Positions 38,370-51,957 of a DNA stretch of 64,000 nt are shown here, in pieces. This DNA is from Stegostoma tigrinum (Eukaryota): positions 9,601,628-9,665,627 of the forward strand of contig NC_081396.1 in assembly GCF_030684315.1 (NCBI RefSeq), read 5' to 3'. The notes beneath the pieces were generated by a model, which was given only the letters and a program-made list of their open reading frames with translations, was not told the DNA's origin and did no database searches. Every line of letters begins with the position of its first letter. Position 1 is the stretch's first letter. Made by a program: the position numbers and the translations under genes.

Positions 38370-39660
38370 CCTCCTCCCAAAAATCTTCCTGGAAAAGTGC
38401 TACCCCGATACCAATTCTATCACCTCTGCCGCATCTGCTACCAGGATAAAGCATTCCACTCCCATGCATCTCAGATGTCCTCGTTTTTCAAAGACCACAA
38501 TATCCCCCCAGCAGTGGTCGAGAACATCTTGAAACGTGTCTCCCGCATTTCCCACAGCTCATCCCTCACACCCCGTCCCCGCAATAACAACCATGAAAGA
38601 ATTCCCCTCGTCCTCACGTACCGCCCACCAACCTCCAGATCCAGTGCATCATCATCCAACACTTCCATGATCGACAATCCGACCCCACCACCAAAGACAT
38701 TTTTCCATCCTCACCTTGGTCTCCTTTCCGGAGCGACCACTCTCTCCATGACTCCCTTGTCTGCTCCACACTCTTCTCCATCCCCACCATATCTGGGACT
38801 TTTCCCTGCAACCGCAGGAAGTGCTGCTCTTGCCCCCACACCTCCTCCCTCACCACGTCCCAGGTCCCAAGAAGATTTTCCATATCAAGCAGATGTTCAC
38901 CAGCACATCTGCTAATGTGGTATACTGCATCCACTGTACGGGTAGTGGCCTCCGCTACATCGGGGAAACCAAGTGGAGGCTTGGGATCCACTTCGCAGAA
39001 CACCTACACTCCTTTCGCAATAAACAACTGCACCTCCCAGTTGCAAACTATTTCAACTCACCCCCCTGTTCCTGAGATGACTTGTCCATCCTGGGCCTCC
39101 TGTCATGCCACAACAATGCCACCTGAAGGTTGCAGGAATAGCAACTCATATTCCGCTTGGGAACCCTGCAGCCCAATGCTATCGATGTGGACTTCACAAG
39201 CTTCAAAATGTCCCCTTCCCCCACCGCATCCCAAAACCAGCCCAGCTCATCCCCGCCTCCCTAACCGGTTCTTCCTAACACCTATCATCTCCTCCCACCT
39301 CAGGCCCCACCACATCTCCTACCTACTAACCTCATCCCAACCCCTTGAATTGTCTCTCCTCCCTGGACTGACCTATCCCCTCCCTAACTCCCCACCAGCA
39401 CTCACCTCTACAGGCTTCATCTCCGCATCTTTAACTTGTTTGTCTCTTCTCCACTTATCATCTCCGTTATGCATACTCGATCCGCACCCCCCCCTTCTCT
39501 CGCTATTTATTTCAGAACACCCTCCCCCATTTCAAAGGAATGGTCCAGGCCCGAAACGTCAGCTTTCCTGCTCCTCTGCTGCTCCTTGGCCTGTTGTGTT
39601 TACCCAGCTCTAGACCTTGTTATCACGGATTCTCCAGCATCCACAGTTCCCATTATCTCT
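38370..39660 (+). mobile_element. Penelope-like retroelement 3' half with GIY-YIG endonuclease
   Basis: FTSTSANVVYCIHCTGSGLRYIGETKWRLGIHFAEH (38821-39075), followed by the cccgaaacgtcagc...gttcccattatctct terminal repeat. Confidence 0.88.
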
Positions 39661-40479
39661 CCGATTCACATTCTCCCTGACCAATCTGCATCCCGGTTTC
39701 CGGATTAGCAATGCTCCCACCGCTTTTGACTCCCATTGCTTGGAGGACTGGTCGCTTTCGTTTGTTCCGACAGCCCCGTCCTCATCCATGTCTCCCTTTC
39801 TGTCTCTTGGTCCAGATCAACTGTCAATCATCAGTGAGTTGCAACCGTGACCAGGGGGTGCATGCGCGGTCTTCATTTTTTTCTCTCTCTCTCTCTCCAT
39901 TCTACCCCCACTCTCTGAGATCTCCTGGTTGTTGGATTTCACCTTCTCAGCTCCGCAAATGTTGAGAGCCAGTGGGACGGGAGGCCGGGCAATGCAGGGG
40001 CATCTTGTGGGGGTGCGGGTGCGAATCAAACATGCTATTCTGTGTTGTATGGTGTTGAGCTTGTGGAGTGTTGTTGGGTCTGCTCTCACCCAGGTTAATG
40101 GAGATTTCAATTACACTCCTGACTTGTGCCTTGAAGATGCTGGACAGGCTTTGGAGAAACTGGAATTGTTCTCCTTACTGCAAAGCATGATTCAAGGGAT
40201 ATTTGACTGATGCACTTACTAGAGAATTTTAAAAGTTTTCTTGATTACCAGATCATTATATATTTACAAGTGACATATTTCGGATTTTGTGAATGATTTA
40301 AGGACAAATCTTTTTGCAGTAAGTGCTAATGAGCTGGAACAAAACTTCCCTGTTCAAGTAAACATCCAATTGTCTTTTAAATGTTGCAACTGCACCTGCA
40401 CCCACTGGCAGTCCATTCCACACACAAACCCCTCTGTGTGAAAGACGTTGCCCCTCATTGGTAAGTCTACAACAGAATA

Positions 40480-41005
40480 GTTTGGTGGAGGGAGGGGGCA
40501 TTCAAAAAGGAGTGGGGAAGAGGACAGATCCAACATGTACCTTTGAGAAGGAAGTGTAGGAGCAATACGTTCAGAGAACCCTGGATGTCTAAGATAGCTG
40601 AGGACTGGATAAAGAAGAGGAGTAGGGCTTCTAGCAGCTCTGAAGGCAGCAATTCAGCTGTGGCCTGAGTGGAACACAGGAAGTGTATGAGGGAACTGAA
40701 AGCAATTATAACAGCAAAAATGGGGCATGAGTGAGGACTTGCGAGCAGGTTGAGGGAGGATCCTAAGGTATAATAAAAATCCATTAAAGGGAAGAGGTTG
40801 ACCAGGGTAAGAATAGGGCACATGAGAGACCAATGGGGAAACCTGTGAGTGAAGCCACAGGTTATTGGAAGGGCGTTGAGTGAATATTTTTCTAAAGTCT
40901 TCACTCTGGAAAAGGAGAGCATAGGTACAGAATTCAGGAAAATGGAGGTGAGAAACATACACAGTATGACAGAAGAAATGATAAGATATTGGAGGCTCTG
41001 TCAGG
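40480..41005 (+). mobile_element. CR1 ORF2 internal fragment
   Basis: agagaaccctggatg...gaatatttttctaaagtcttcact is homologous to 19780-20160. Confidence 0.65.
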
Positions 41006-41009
41006 CTTA

Positions 41010-41840
41010 AAAAAAGACAGAGCCTCTGTCTATCTCTTTCTTGAAAGCATCCAGAGAGTTGGCCTCCACTGCCTTCTGGGTCAGAGCATTCCATATGTCC
41101 ACCACTCTCTGGGTGAAAAAGTTTTTCTCAACTCTGTTCTAAATAGCCTACTCCTTATTTTTAAACTGTGTCCTCTGGTCCTGGACTCACCCATCAGCGG
41201 AAACATGCTTCCTGCCTCCACAGTGTCCAATCCCACAATAATCTTAAACGTCTCAATCAGATCCCCTCTCATCCTTCTAAACTCAAGAGTATACAAGCCC
41301 AGTCGCTCCAATCTTTCAACATATGATAGTCCCGCCATTCTGGGAATTGACCTTGTGAACCTACGCTGCACTCCCTCAATAGCAAGAATGTCCTTCCTCA
41401 AATTGGGAGACCAAAACTGCACACAATACTCCTGGTGCGGTCTCACCAGGGCCCTGTACAGCTGCCGAAGGACCTCTTTGCTCCTATACTCAATTTTTCT
41501 TGTTCTGAAGGCCAGCATGCTATTAGATTTCTTCACTACCTGCTGTACCTGCATGCTTGCTTTCATTGACAAGAACACCTAGATCTCGTTGTGCTTCCCC
41601 TTTACCTAACTGGACTCCATTGAGATAGTAATCTGCCTTCCTGTTCTTGCCACCAAAGTGTATAACGACACATTTATCCACATTACTGCATCTGCAATGC
41701 ATCTGTCCACTCACCTAGCCTGTCCAAGTCACCCTGTATTCTAATAACATCCTCCTCACATTTCACACTGCCACCCAACTTTGTGTCATCAGCAAATTTG
41801 CGAATATTACTTCTGATGCCTTCAATATATATAAATGTAG
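41010..41840 (-). mobile_element. Relatively young CR1 3' fragment nested among older CR1 pieces
   Basis: ORF 41081-41578: QLYRALVRPHQEYCVQFWSP...RRFTR...RGDLIETFK...TRGH. Confidence 0.9.
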
Positions 41841-41859
41841 ATGAAAATGTAGGAGGGAA

Positions 41860-42860
41860 TGTGAAGCAAATTTGCAGATGACACCAAAAGTGGCAGGTGC
41901 GTGCAATGAACTGCCAGCAGTGGCAGTGGAATCAGATACATTGGGGACATTGAAGCAACTCTTCGATAGGCACATGAATTATAGTAAAATGTAAGGTGTG
42001 CAGGTTAGTTTGATCTTAGTGTCGGATAATAGGTTGGCACAATATCATTGGCTGAAGGGCCTGTACTGTACTGTTCTATGTTCTAAGATTGGTAGAATAG
42101 TGAACAGCGAAGATAATGGTTGTAGGCTGCAGGAAGATATAGATGGGTTCTTCAGATGGGTTCACCACTGATAGATGGTATTTAACCCTGATAAGAAAAA
42201 GATGAAAGAGTATTTCCTGAATGGCAGGATGTTAGGTAGCTTAGAGGAACAAAGGAATTTTGGCGTAATTATTCACAGATACCTGAAGTCAGCAGAGCAT
42301 GTGAATGGATAGTTAAGGAGACATGCAGTCATCATTTGTGGCATGGAGTATAAAAGAAAGGAGGTAATGTTGGTGGTGTATAGAGAGCTGGTTAGGCCAC
42401 AGCTGGAGCTCTGTGTGTCAGTGTGGTCACTTCGCTGCAGGAATGATCTGATTGTGTTAGAGGGACAGAAGAGGTTCACCAGCATGTTGCCTGGGCTGGA
42501 GAAATTGAGTGAAAAAAAAGATTAGATAGGCTTGACTTGTCTGCTTTCGAGCAGGGAAGGCTGCCAGTAGGACATGAGTGAGGTGAATTAGATTGTGAGG
42601 AGTAGGGACAGGGTGAATAAAGGTCAGTTGTTCCCTTTGGGTGAAGGGTCAATCACAAGAGGGCACGCTTTTAGGGGAAGGGACAGAAGTTCAAAGGGGA
42701 TTTGGGGGAAACTATCTTTCACACTCAGTGGGTGGTGGGAATCTGGATTGCACTGCCTGGGAAAGTAGTGGAGACTGGAATCCTTATAACCGTTCCTAAA
42801 ACAAAAAAAAATGGACGAGTATTTCAAATATCATAACTTTCAAGGATATGGGACGAGTGC
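41860..42860 (+). mobile_element. CR1 RT/3' fragments (rearranged)
   Basis: aaatttgcagatgacaccaaa (KFADDTK) at ~41868; YRELVRPQLELCVSVWS at 42343-42525. Confidence 0.75.
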
Positions 42861-43152
42861 AATTCTCCAGCAATTTCTGTTTTTGTTGCCAGGTCCCAGC
42901 TGCAGAAGGAGAAGATAATGCTTGACCTTCTTGAATCACAGCAGCCCGTGTGGTCAAGGTGATCCCACAGTTGTGTAAGGAAAGGAGCTTCAATTTCTTC
43001 CCCCCGTGATGATGACGGGACAATGATAGATGTCTACATTAATTGCAACAACTTGTATTTGTATCGTACCTTTAGCATAATGTTCCAGTTATTTCACAGA
43101 AATGCTATAAAGCAACATTTCAGATGGAGATTTTGCAAAGTTTCTACTTCGT

Positions 43153-43562
43153 AGATTCAAAGAATCCCTACAGTGTGAAATCTGGCCATTCGGCCCAACA
43201 TGTCCACACTGCCCCTCGGAACAGCCAGACCCCTCTCCCACTGTATTCCTGTAACCGTGCATTTCCCCTGGCTATTGCACCTAACCCGCACACCCCTGAA
43301 AACTGTGAGCAATTTAGCGTAGCCAATCCAGCTAACCTGCACAGCTTTGTACTGTGGGTGGGACGCTCCAAGGTTCGGCGTTGGGCCAAAGGCACTGTTT
43401 CCACGCTGTAGGAATTCTATGACTCTGTGGGAAGAAACTGGAGCCCCCAGAGGAAACCCACACAGACATTGGGAATGTGCAAAGTCCACGCTCACAGTCA
43501 CTCAAGGGTGGAATCGAACTCGGGTCCCTGGCGCTGTGAGGCAGCAGTGCTGACCAGTGACC
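43153..43562 (-). mobile_element. HE1-type SINE with internal inverted piece
   Basis: ggaatcgaactcgggtccctggcgctgtgaggcagcagtgct is the reverse of the SINE head. Confidence 0.75.
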
Positions 43563-43813
43563 GTCCATCCTATGGCTTTGTAAAAACACTCTCGCATCTT
43601 TCTTCCCTCCAGACTTGCATGAAGCTTGGAATCTTGTAAAGGCTTAGATTCGGTGGCACTGACTGTTTCCTGAGGGACAGGAGTAAATCTATTCAGTTTT
43701 TATGACAATCTGCTCGCGTTCATTGTCACTTTTGCCTCGTACTGACCTCACCTGTCATTGTATTTCTGTGGGCTCTCTCTGACTCATGTTCTCTGTTTTA
43801 AGTCATTTTCACA

Positions 43814-44950
43814 GGATCTGAAGAGAATCTACATGCAGAAAACTCCAACGAAACACCACACCAGGTTGCAGCAGAATCACCCAGGTTGGAGTTGTCTGAA
43901 ATGCCATCGGATTCTGACCATGGAAGGAAAAAGCGCTGTTTGCAGTGGAGAGGAACTATACATGTGTTCTGTGTGTGGACGAGGTTCCAGCCAACCAGCT
44001 GGTCTGCCAACACACACATGCACTGGCCGTTGGGTGAAACCGTGGAAATGTGGGGACTGTGGGGAGAGATTCCGGTTCCCATCAGAGCTAGAAACTCACT
44101 GGCGCACTCACACTGGGGAGAGGTCATTCACCTGGTCCAACTGTGGCAAGGAATTCATTAATTCATCCAACCTGTTCAAACATCGACGAGTTCACACTGG
44201 GGAGGGACTGTTCACTTGCTCCGATTGTGGGAAGAGCTTCTGGCCTGCAGACACACCAATGTGTTCAAACTGACCAGAAACCTTTTCAATGCTCAAGTTG
44301 TGGCAAATGTTATAAAATCTCCTGGGAACTGATCTCCCACCAAAGTGTTCACACTGAAGGGAGGCTGTTCAGCTGCGCTTGCTGTGGAACTGGGTTCAAG
44401 ATGTCGTCGGATGTCACCGTACACCAGCGAGTACACACTGGAGAGAGGCCATTCAATTGTATCCAGTGTTGGGTAAAGTTCACCCGCTCGTCCAACCTGC
44501 TGAGACACCAGCGTGTTCACACTGGGGACAGGCCATTCACTTGCCCCCACGGTGCAGGAAGGGATTCGCTCATTCATCCAAAATACTGAGGCACCAAAGA
44601 TCTCACACTGCAGAGAGGCCATTCATCTGCCCTGAGTGTGGGAAGGGTTTCACCCAGTTAGTCAGCTTCCTGAAGCATCGCAGTACTCACACTGCAGAGA
44701 GGTTGTTCACCTGTTCTGAGTGCGGGAAGGGATTCACTCAGTCATCCCGCATGTTGGTACATCAGCAACTTCACACCGGGGAGAGATCTTTCACGTGCCC
44801 TGAGTGTGGGAAGGGACTCACTCAGCCATGCATCCTCCTGAAACACAGGCAAATCCACCCCGGGGAGAGACCCTTCACCTGATCGGAGTGTGGGAAAAGA
44901 TTCACTCGGTCATCCCATCTCCTCTGACATTAGCAAATTCACAAATAACA
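43814..44950 (+). pseudogene. C2H2 zinc-finger array, frameshifted (probable pseudogene)
   Basis: Repeated CxxCGKxF...HxxxHTGERPF units spread over three overlapping frames (43758-44273, 44143-44589, 44379-44882), with lost cysteines and a stop at 44880. Confidence 0.85.
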
Positions 44951-45503
44951 GTAGTGATTTTAATTTATGCTAATCACATCCAGGACTGAGTGATAGGCAT
45001 TTCTCTGTCTCTGCTAATGTTAACAACTCCAAGTGAGTTGTAGAGGTTAATATTCTCAACCAAGTTAAAATAAATAGGCTTTATGTTAATCACAGAGTGT
45101 GTTTTTTACAATATCACAAACACAAATTATTCCCTTTTGAAGTGTCCTCCCTGTCCACTATCTTCCTATCACCAAATCCAACAGCAAATATGAGGTACTC
45201 ATGGAGTTTCTTTGCCATGAAGTCACAGAGATATACAGCATGGTAACGATTCCTTGAATCCAACTCATCCATACCGACTAGCTGTCCTAAACTAATCTGG
45301 TCCCATTTGCCAGCATTTGACCCATATCCCTCTAAATCCGTCCTATTCATGTCCCCATCCAGATGACTTTGAAATGTTGTAACTATACAAGCCTGAACCA
45401 CCACCTCTGGAAGTTCATTCCGTGCACACACCACACTCTGTGAGAAAACATTCCCCCTTAGGTCCCTTTAAAATCTTTCCCCTCTCAACTTAAACCTATG
45501 CCC

Positions 45504-46076
45504 GGGATAATGCGAACTGCAGATGCTGGAGAATCCAAGAGAACAAAGTGTGGAGATGGATGAACACTGCAGGCCAAGCAGCATCTCAGGAGCACAAAAG
45601 CTGACGTTTCGGGCCTAGACCCTTCATCAGAGAGGGGGATGGGGAGAGGGTTCTGAAATAAATATGGAGAGAGGGGGAGGCGGACCAAAGATGGATAGAG
45701 GAGAGTATAGGTGGAGAGGAGAGTAGAGGTGGGGAGGAGATAGGTCAGTCAAGTGAGGACGGACAGGTCAAGGAGGCGGGATGAGGTTGGTAGGTGGGAA
45801 ATAGACGTGTGGCTTGAGGTGGGAGGAGGGGATCGGTGAGACGAACAACAGGTTAGGGAGGCGGGTCCCTGCAACCCAATGGTATCATTGGGGACTTCAC
45901 AAGCTTCAAAATCTTTTCTCTCCATCTTCGGTCCGCCTCACACTCTCTCCCGATTTATTCCAATTCCCTCTCTCCATCCCCCTCTCTGATGAAGGGTCTA
46001 GGCCCAAAACATCAGATTTTGTGTCCTGAGATGCTGCTTCACCTGCTGTGTTCATCCAGCTTCACACTTTATTATC
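45504..46076. mobile_element. Fold-back Penelope-derived insertion in a CR1 tail, 12-bp TSD
   Basis: aaacctatgccc at 45492-45503 and 46077-46088; host CR1/HE1-type tail spans ~45215-46215 on the minus strand. Confidence 0.85.
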
Positions 46077-46236
46077 AAACCTATGCCCTCTAGTTTTGGA
46101 CTCCTCTACCCTGGAGAAAGGACTTTGACTATTCACCCTGTCCATGCCCCTCATGAATGTACAAATCATTATCAGGGCATCACTCAGCCTCCAATGCTCC
46201 AGGGAAAATAACCCTGCTTTTGTTTCTTTTTTTGAA

Positions 46237-46540
46237 AGAAATCAGTGTGGAAATGGGCCCATTGTCCCAACAAGTCCACACTGGCTGTCAGAGTACCCAC
46301 ACAGACCCCTCCCCACAAAAAGCACCGAAACTACAACTCCCTGAACACAACAGGCAACTTAGTATGACCAATCCACATAAGCTGCACATCTTTCGACTGT
46401 GTGAGGAAGCTGCAGCACTCGGAGGAAACCCCATGCAGATACAGGGAAAATGTGCAAAGTCCACACAAGCGGTTGCCTTGAGGCTGGGATCAAACCCAGG
46501 TCCCTGGCACTGTGAGGTAGCAGTGTTAACCACAGCGCCT
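46237..46540 (-). mobile_element. HE1-type SINE
   Basis: Same head and body as 51230-51517; another decayed copy at ~48400-48636. Confidence 0.75.
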
Positions 46541-48057
46541 GTTCAGCGTCTCCCTACAGCGCAAACCCTCTCAACCTCACAACAACTTTGTAATTTTTTT
46601 CTGAACACTTTCAAGTTTCATAACATGTTTCCTCGCAAGGAGAACCAAAGAGATGAGCATGGACAATGGTTTGGGATGTGGAGGGAGAACAAGTATGATG
46701 GTAGAATGGACAGGATCCAGTCTTCTCCCTGCCTATCCAAAAAAACTTCTTGGCTCATTTCTTCTCCAGAGCCCCCAACCCCAAACTCGCATTTCCCAAC
46801 TCTTTCAGATTTGTTCTCCCTCTCCACTTGGCTCATTCTCTCTCATTTCCCCCCCCCCCCCACCCCCCGCCCCAGTTCATTCACCACTCCACACCTCCTG
46901 CATTCACTTCTCCCCACACCACTTCTATGGTTCATTTCTTCCCCTTTACAGTATGTTCGTCTCAAAAATCACCTGCCCCAATTCCTCTTTCTCCCCACTG
47001 ATGCAACTTCAGCTGAGAGTTAGTGAATGAAGAGGGCAGATCTTAGAATGAACACAGTGGATGAACAGGAATTGGTGAGGAAGACGTAATAGACAGCAGA
47101 GGTTTTAATGATCTCATGTTTCTGGATGAGAGTAGTGTGAATGTGAGAGGTTGGTCAGAAGTGTGTTGGAATGTTCAAATCTAAAGGCAAGATGGTCATG
47201 GTTGAAGGTTTCAGCTGTGTATGGCGTCGGGTGATGTTCTGGCAATTGAAATTCCTGATATTTGCGATGGTGTGGAGATATGACACCAAGATGATGCAAA
47301 GTCCTCAGTTCCAAGGGAGAGAAATGGATTAAGTACTTCAGGAATGGATTTTGTCACAGTGACTGTCATAGCATTGAACATCCCAATTCTTAATTGGAGA
47401 AAAATTCTGCTCATCTAGTACTGAATCTGGGTTAAGCAGGTCAATAATTTAAAAACAGTGCAGAAACGTTGAAGGTTGGTGTGAGGCAGAGCTGACACTG
47501 TCAGCGTATATGCAGAAACTAACGCAGTGTTTTTGGACGATGTCACCTAGTGACAGCATGTAGATGAGAAATATGAGGGACTGAGGATGGATCCTTGGAA
47601 GATACCAAGTTTGAGGACGTTGGAGTGCAATGACTGAAATTTCTGAAGAAAGGTCTTAACCTGAAACGTCAGTTTTCCTGTTCCGCAGTCAGTGCCTGGC
47701 CCGCTGTGTTCCACCAGCTCCACACCGTGTTATCTCTGACTCCAACATCAGCAGTTCTTACTATCTCCTCATGGAAATGGACAGGGGTTTTCAAGGTCCA
47801 TGGGATCAAAGGTTACTTTTTTCCTAAGGATTGATGGTGATGATGGAGTTAAACGTGAGTCGGACCAGAAGAGAGAGAATCAGTAACCAAATCATTAAGA
47901 AAGAGGAGTTGGGTGGCCCATAGTTTCGTGAGAATAGAGTCAAGGGTTTAGATGAGCTTTGGATATGATGAAAGAAAGAAAATCAGAGAAAGATGCAGGA
48001 AATGAGGAACATCGGAGGCACTGTGGCCTGGTGGAAGGGAGGGTTAGGGTTAGGAGA

Positions 48058-48213
48058 TGGAAAATTGCAGTGTTCACAAAAATAACACACCATGTAAATA
48101 TCCAGACAGTGGGCAGTGCTTTAAAAGTTATGGGGTTCTGATTACCAGTCAGTTGATGGTGTCACACTTCTGAGAAACCATTGAGATGCAGTCACTGTGG
48201 CTCTGTGTTCAGG
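48058..48213 (+). repeat. Inverted duplicate of zinc-finger remnant 48801-48962
   Basis: Its reverse complement matches 48801-48962 (cctgaac-cagagccacagtgactgcatctcaa...ccactgtctggatatttacat...tgcaattttcca). Confidence 0.85.
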
Positions 48214-48649
48214 ATTAGATGGAGACAGGGGTCAGGGAAAACCCGTCAATTGGAACATATTCATGTCACATACATAAAAATCTGACAAATTGTTGAACAC
48301 TTCACTAATTCATCTCATTTTTATCCAATGTATTACCATCCACAACTGAATTTGAGGTTATTAACACCCATGAAACTCATCTAAGTGTGCCTTGATCAAA
48401 GAATCCCCATGGTGTGGAAACAGGCCATTCAAACAAGTGAGTTCAACCCAACCCTCCAAAGAGCATTCCACCCAGACCCAACCCTACACCCTATCCCTGA
48501 ATTTGCAATGGCCAATCCACCTAACTGCACATTTTTGGGCTGTCGGGGGAAACCCACACAGATAGTTGCCCTCAACTAGGATCAAACCCATGTACCTGAC
48601 GCCGTGACACAGTGTGGTAGCCATTGAGCCACTGTGCTTCAGTACTGCA

Positions 48650-49330
48650 CCATGCAGAAAAGCTCAATCACTGTCCAGCTTGTGAATGTTCTGGTGTCTC
48701 AGTTGGTTGGATAGACATGTGAATCCCTTCCCATCCACTGAGCATGTTAACATCTCTCGCCAGTGTGAACTCATTGACGTTCAGTGAATTGGGATGATTG
48801 CCTGAACCCAGAGCCACAGTGACTGCATCTCAAAGGTCTATCAAAAGTGTGACACCATCGAATCCCATAACCCCATAATCAGAACGCCATAACGTTTAAA
48901 GCACTTCCCACTGTCTGGATATTTACATTGTCTGTTATTCGAGTGAACATTGCAATTTTCCAAAATATGGAATGACTTAATGAATTCGTTCCCACAGTCA
49001 GAGCAGGTGAATAGTCTCACCCCAGTGTAACCTCGCTCGTTTATTATCAGGCACGATGAGTTGTGAAATCCCTTCCCTCACTCAGGGCAAATGAATCACT
49101 TCTGCTCCTAAATGCACTGGTGTCGAGCAAAGTAAATAGATTTGCTGAACTTGGTCACGCAGTAAGAGCACCGGAATCAGTGAGAACATAGTAATACGAC
49201 AGCAGCTCCAAGGAACTTTGATACCACTTTCCACAATCTGAGCATTTAAAAGGCTTGACAGGTGTGGTGACTGAGTGAATCCCTTGCCACATTTTGTAGA
49301 GCCTCCCCACCATATGAAATCGTTCGACCC
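48650..49330 (-). pseudogene. Highly decayed C2H2 zinc-finger array
   Basis: Reverse complement shows repeated cacactggxgaga / ttcacctgctctgactgtgggaa / gggaagggattcac finger-linker codons; no long ORF. Confidence 0.7.
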
Positions 49331-49339
49331 AAATATTGA

Positions 49340-50295
49340 GAAGTTCCTAAGCAGAAAATAAGGTGTTGTTCATCCAGCTTGCACTGTGATGCACCAAAAC
49401 TGAGAAAACAAGATGCATAGAAATGGCAAGCAGCTGGAGGGTAGTGTTCTTATTTAGGAACAGTGCAATATGTTGTGCAAAGCAATCAGCCAATCCACGT
49501 TTGGTCTTGCCAGTGTAAAGGAGGCTTCATTGCCAGCAACAAGTGGAGTGGCCCAAAATGCAAGAAGTGCACATAAACCAAAGCCTCACCTGGAAAGTGT
49601 TGGGCCATGGACAGTGAGGAAGTGGCAGTGCTTGGGCTTGTGCTATGAGGGTGGTGAAGGAGTGTCAGTATGATGGAGAGTGGGACACGATGTCATAAAG
49701 AGAATGCATCCTGTAGAATGCTGACAGCAAGTGGAGGTGTAGATCTGAGACAAAAAGGTGTCGAGCCAAACAGGCCAAGCAGCATCAGAGGAGCTGGGAA
49801 ACTGACGTTTTGGGTCAAGACCCTTCTTCAGAAATGGGGCACGGGAAGGGGATTCTGAAATAAGTCGGGAGAGAGCAGGAGGTGGATAGAAGATGGATAA
49901 AGGAGAAGGTAGGTGGAGAGTAAACAGACAGGTCAAAGAGGCAGAGTTGGAGCCAATAAAGGTGAGTGTAGGTGCGGAGTGAGAGAGGGGATAGGTTGGT
50001 CCAGGGAGGATGGACAGGTTGAGGGGGTAGAATGAGGCTAATAGGTAGGAGATGGAGGTGAGGCTTGAGGAGGGGAAGTGGATAGGTGGGAGGGCAGGTT
50101 AGGGAGGCGGGTACGAGCTGGGTTGGTTTTGTGATGTTGTTGGGGGAGGGGAGATTTTGAAGCATGTGAAGTCCACATTGCTACCATTGGGCTGCAGGTT
50201 TCCCAAGATAAATGGGAGATACTGTTCCTTTAACCTTCGGGTGGTATAATTTTGGCACTACAGGAGGCCCAGGATGGACATGTCATCCGAGGAAT
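49340..50295 (-). mobile_element. Penelope-like 3' fragments
   Basis: 49745-50295 is a reverse complement of 39080-39620; older GIY-YIG-like remnant at 49340-49730. Confidence 0.75.
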
Positions 50296-51229
50296 GGGAT
50301 ACAGCGTGGCACTAACCTGTTGCCATGTACAATAAACCTCCAATCTCTGATCATATCCAGTTCAAACTTTTCCATCAAATTCCTCAGGTCATTGTCATGT
50401 AACTTTCTATTTTTTTTCCCCAGAAAATGTTACGATTTGAATGAAGTGTTGAATTCGGAAGCCTCGTTCCAATTAAATTGTGGAGAGCTATTTTTGCTGA
50501 CTCAAAGTGAATCAAAGAACTTTTGTCGCATAGAATGAAGGCAATCGACCCGTTATGCCTGTGTGGTCTCTGAACAGGGTTTCAATCCTTATTAGACAAT
50601 AAGGTCATAAGGCGTAGGAGCAGAACTGGACAACTCAGCCCATTCAGTCTGCTCCACTGATATATTATGGATGATGTGCTTTTCAATGCGTTCTCTTGCT
50701 ATCTTCCTGTCTCTTATAAATCCCTATTGAATTGAGTCATGCCAAGTAGGTTTCGCTGGTTGGATTTGTATTAATTGCCCATGCTCATAAGGAAGGGGGT
50801 ATCAAGATTTTGACGTGGCTACTGAAAAGAGAAGCTTCAATAGTCCCAAATAAGGATGGTGCATGTCTTGGTGGAGAACTTGTATGTGGTGGTGCTGACA
50901 TAAATCTTCTGCTTTGCCCTCCTGGGGTTTGAGGTTATTAGTTTAGAAGTTACTGTCTCAAGAACTTGGTGGGTTAGTGCAGTGTACATTATAAATAGTG
51001 CTGACTGCTGCCGCTATGTGTCCATGTTGGATGGCTTTCAGGTCAAGTGGGCTATCTGGTCCTGAGAATTCAAGCCTCTTGAATATCATGCGAGTTTCCC
51101 CCAACCAGGGCACTCCTGATTGAAGCCTTTTAAATGGTGGAAGACTTCGGCAATTGAGGAGAACAAATATGCTCCGTGTCATTCCCAGCTTCTGACACAC
51201 TATTTAACATTTGAGATGACATTAGACTA

Positions 51230-51517
51230 GATTCCCTACAGTGTGGAAACAGGTCCTTCGGCCCAAAAGCCTACATCACCCTTTGGAGCATCCCACCCAA
51301 ACCCATCCCCATCTAACCCACACACCCCTGAACAGCATGGCCAATCCACCTGCCTGCACATCTTTGGATTGTGGGAGGAAACCGGAGCACCCGGAGGAAA
51401 CCCAAGCCGACGTGGGGAGAATGTGCAAACTCCGCACAGATGGTTGCCCGAGGCTGGAATCGAACCCGGGTCCCTGGTGCTGTGAGGCTGCAGTGCTAAC
51501 CACTGAGCCACCGTCCC
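51230..51517 (-). mobile_element. HE1-type SINE, near full length
   Basis: Minus strand acggtggctcagtggttagcactgcagcctcacagcaccagggacccgggttcgattcc...cctgtttccacactgtaggga. Confidence 0.85.
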
Positions 51518-51957
51518 GACACAATGTTGATAATGGTGTATTCAACAACGGCAATTCCACTAAGTGACACGGGGAAATGGTTAAAATCGTCTTTTGCTGT
51601 AGATGGCTATTGCCTGTGGCTTATTTGGCAGAAATGCTGCACAACCCGATTCAAAAGGTTTTCACTCAAACAAAGTCAAAATACCGCCGATGCTGGAAAT
51701 CAGACATAAGAAGAGAAAATCCTGTAGAAACTCAGCAGCACTGTGCAGAGAAAATAGTTTTTCCTGACTTTGTGTTATCCCTTTTTCTCAGTAAAGATTC
51801 CACCTGCACAACCTCAACACCCATCGTTGATGGCATAGTTAGCTCCATGGGACGCATTTTACACACTGCTTTCTCGCCCCTTCCCCTTCTTCCCAGAATG
51901 AGGCCAGCGTTCCCTTTGTCCTCACTTTCCACCCGACCTGTCTCTGTAATCAAAGGG

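Noticed and set aside
38915-39613. 232-aa ORF
   Set aside because: Off-frame read of the Penelope element
46157-47023. 288-aa ORF
   Set aside because: Reads through an antisense SINE and low-complexity pyrimidine sequence; no domain features
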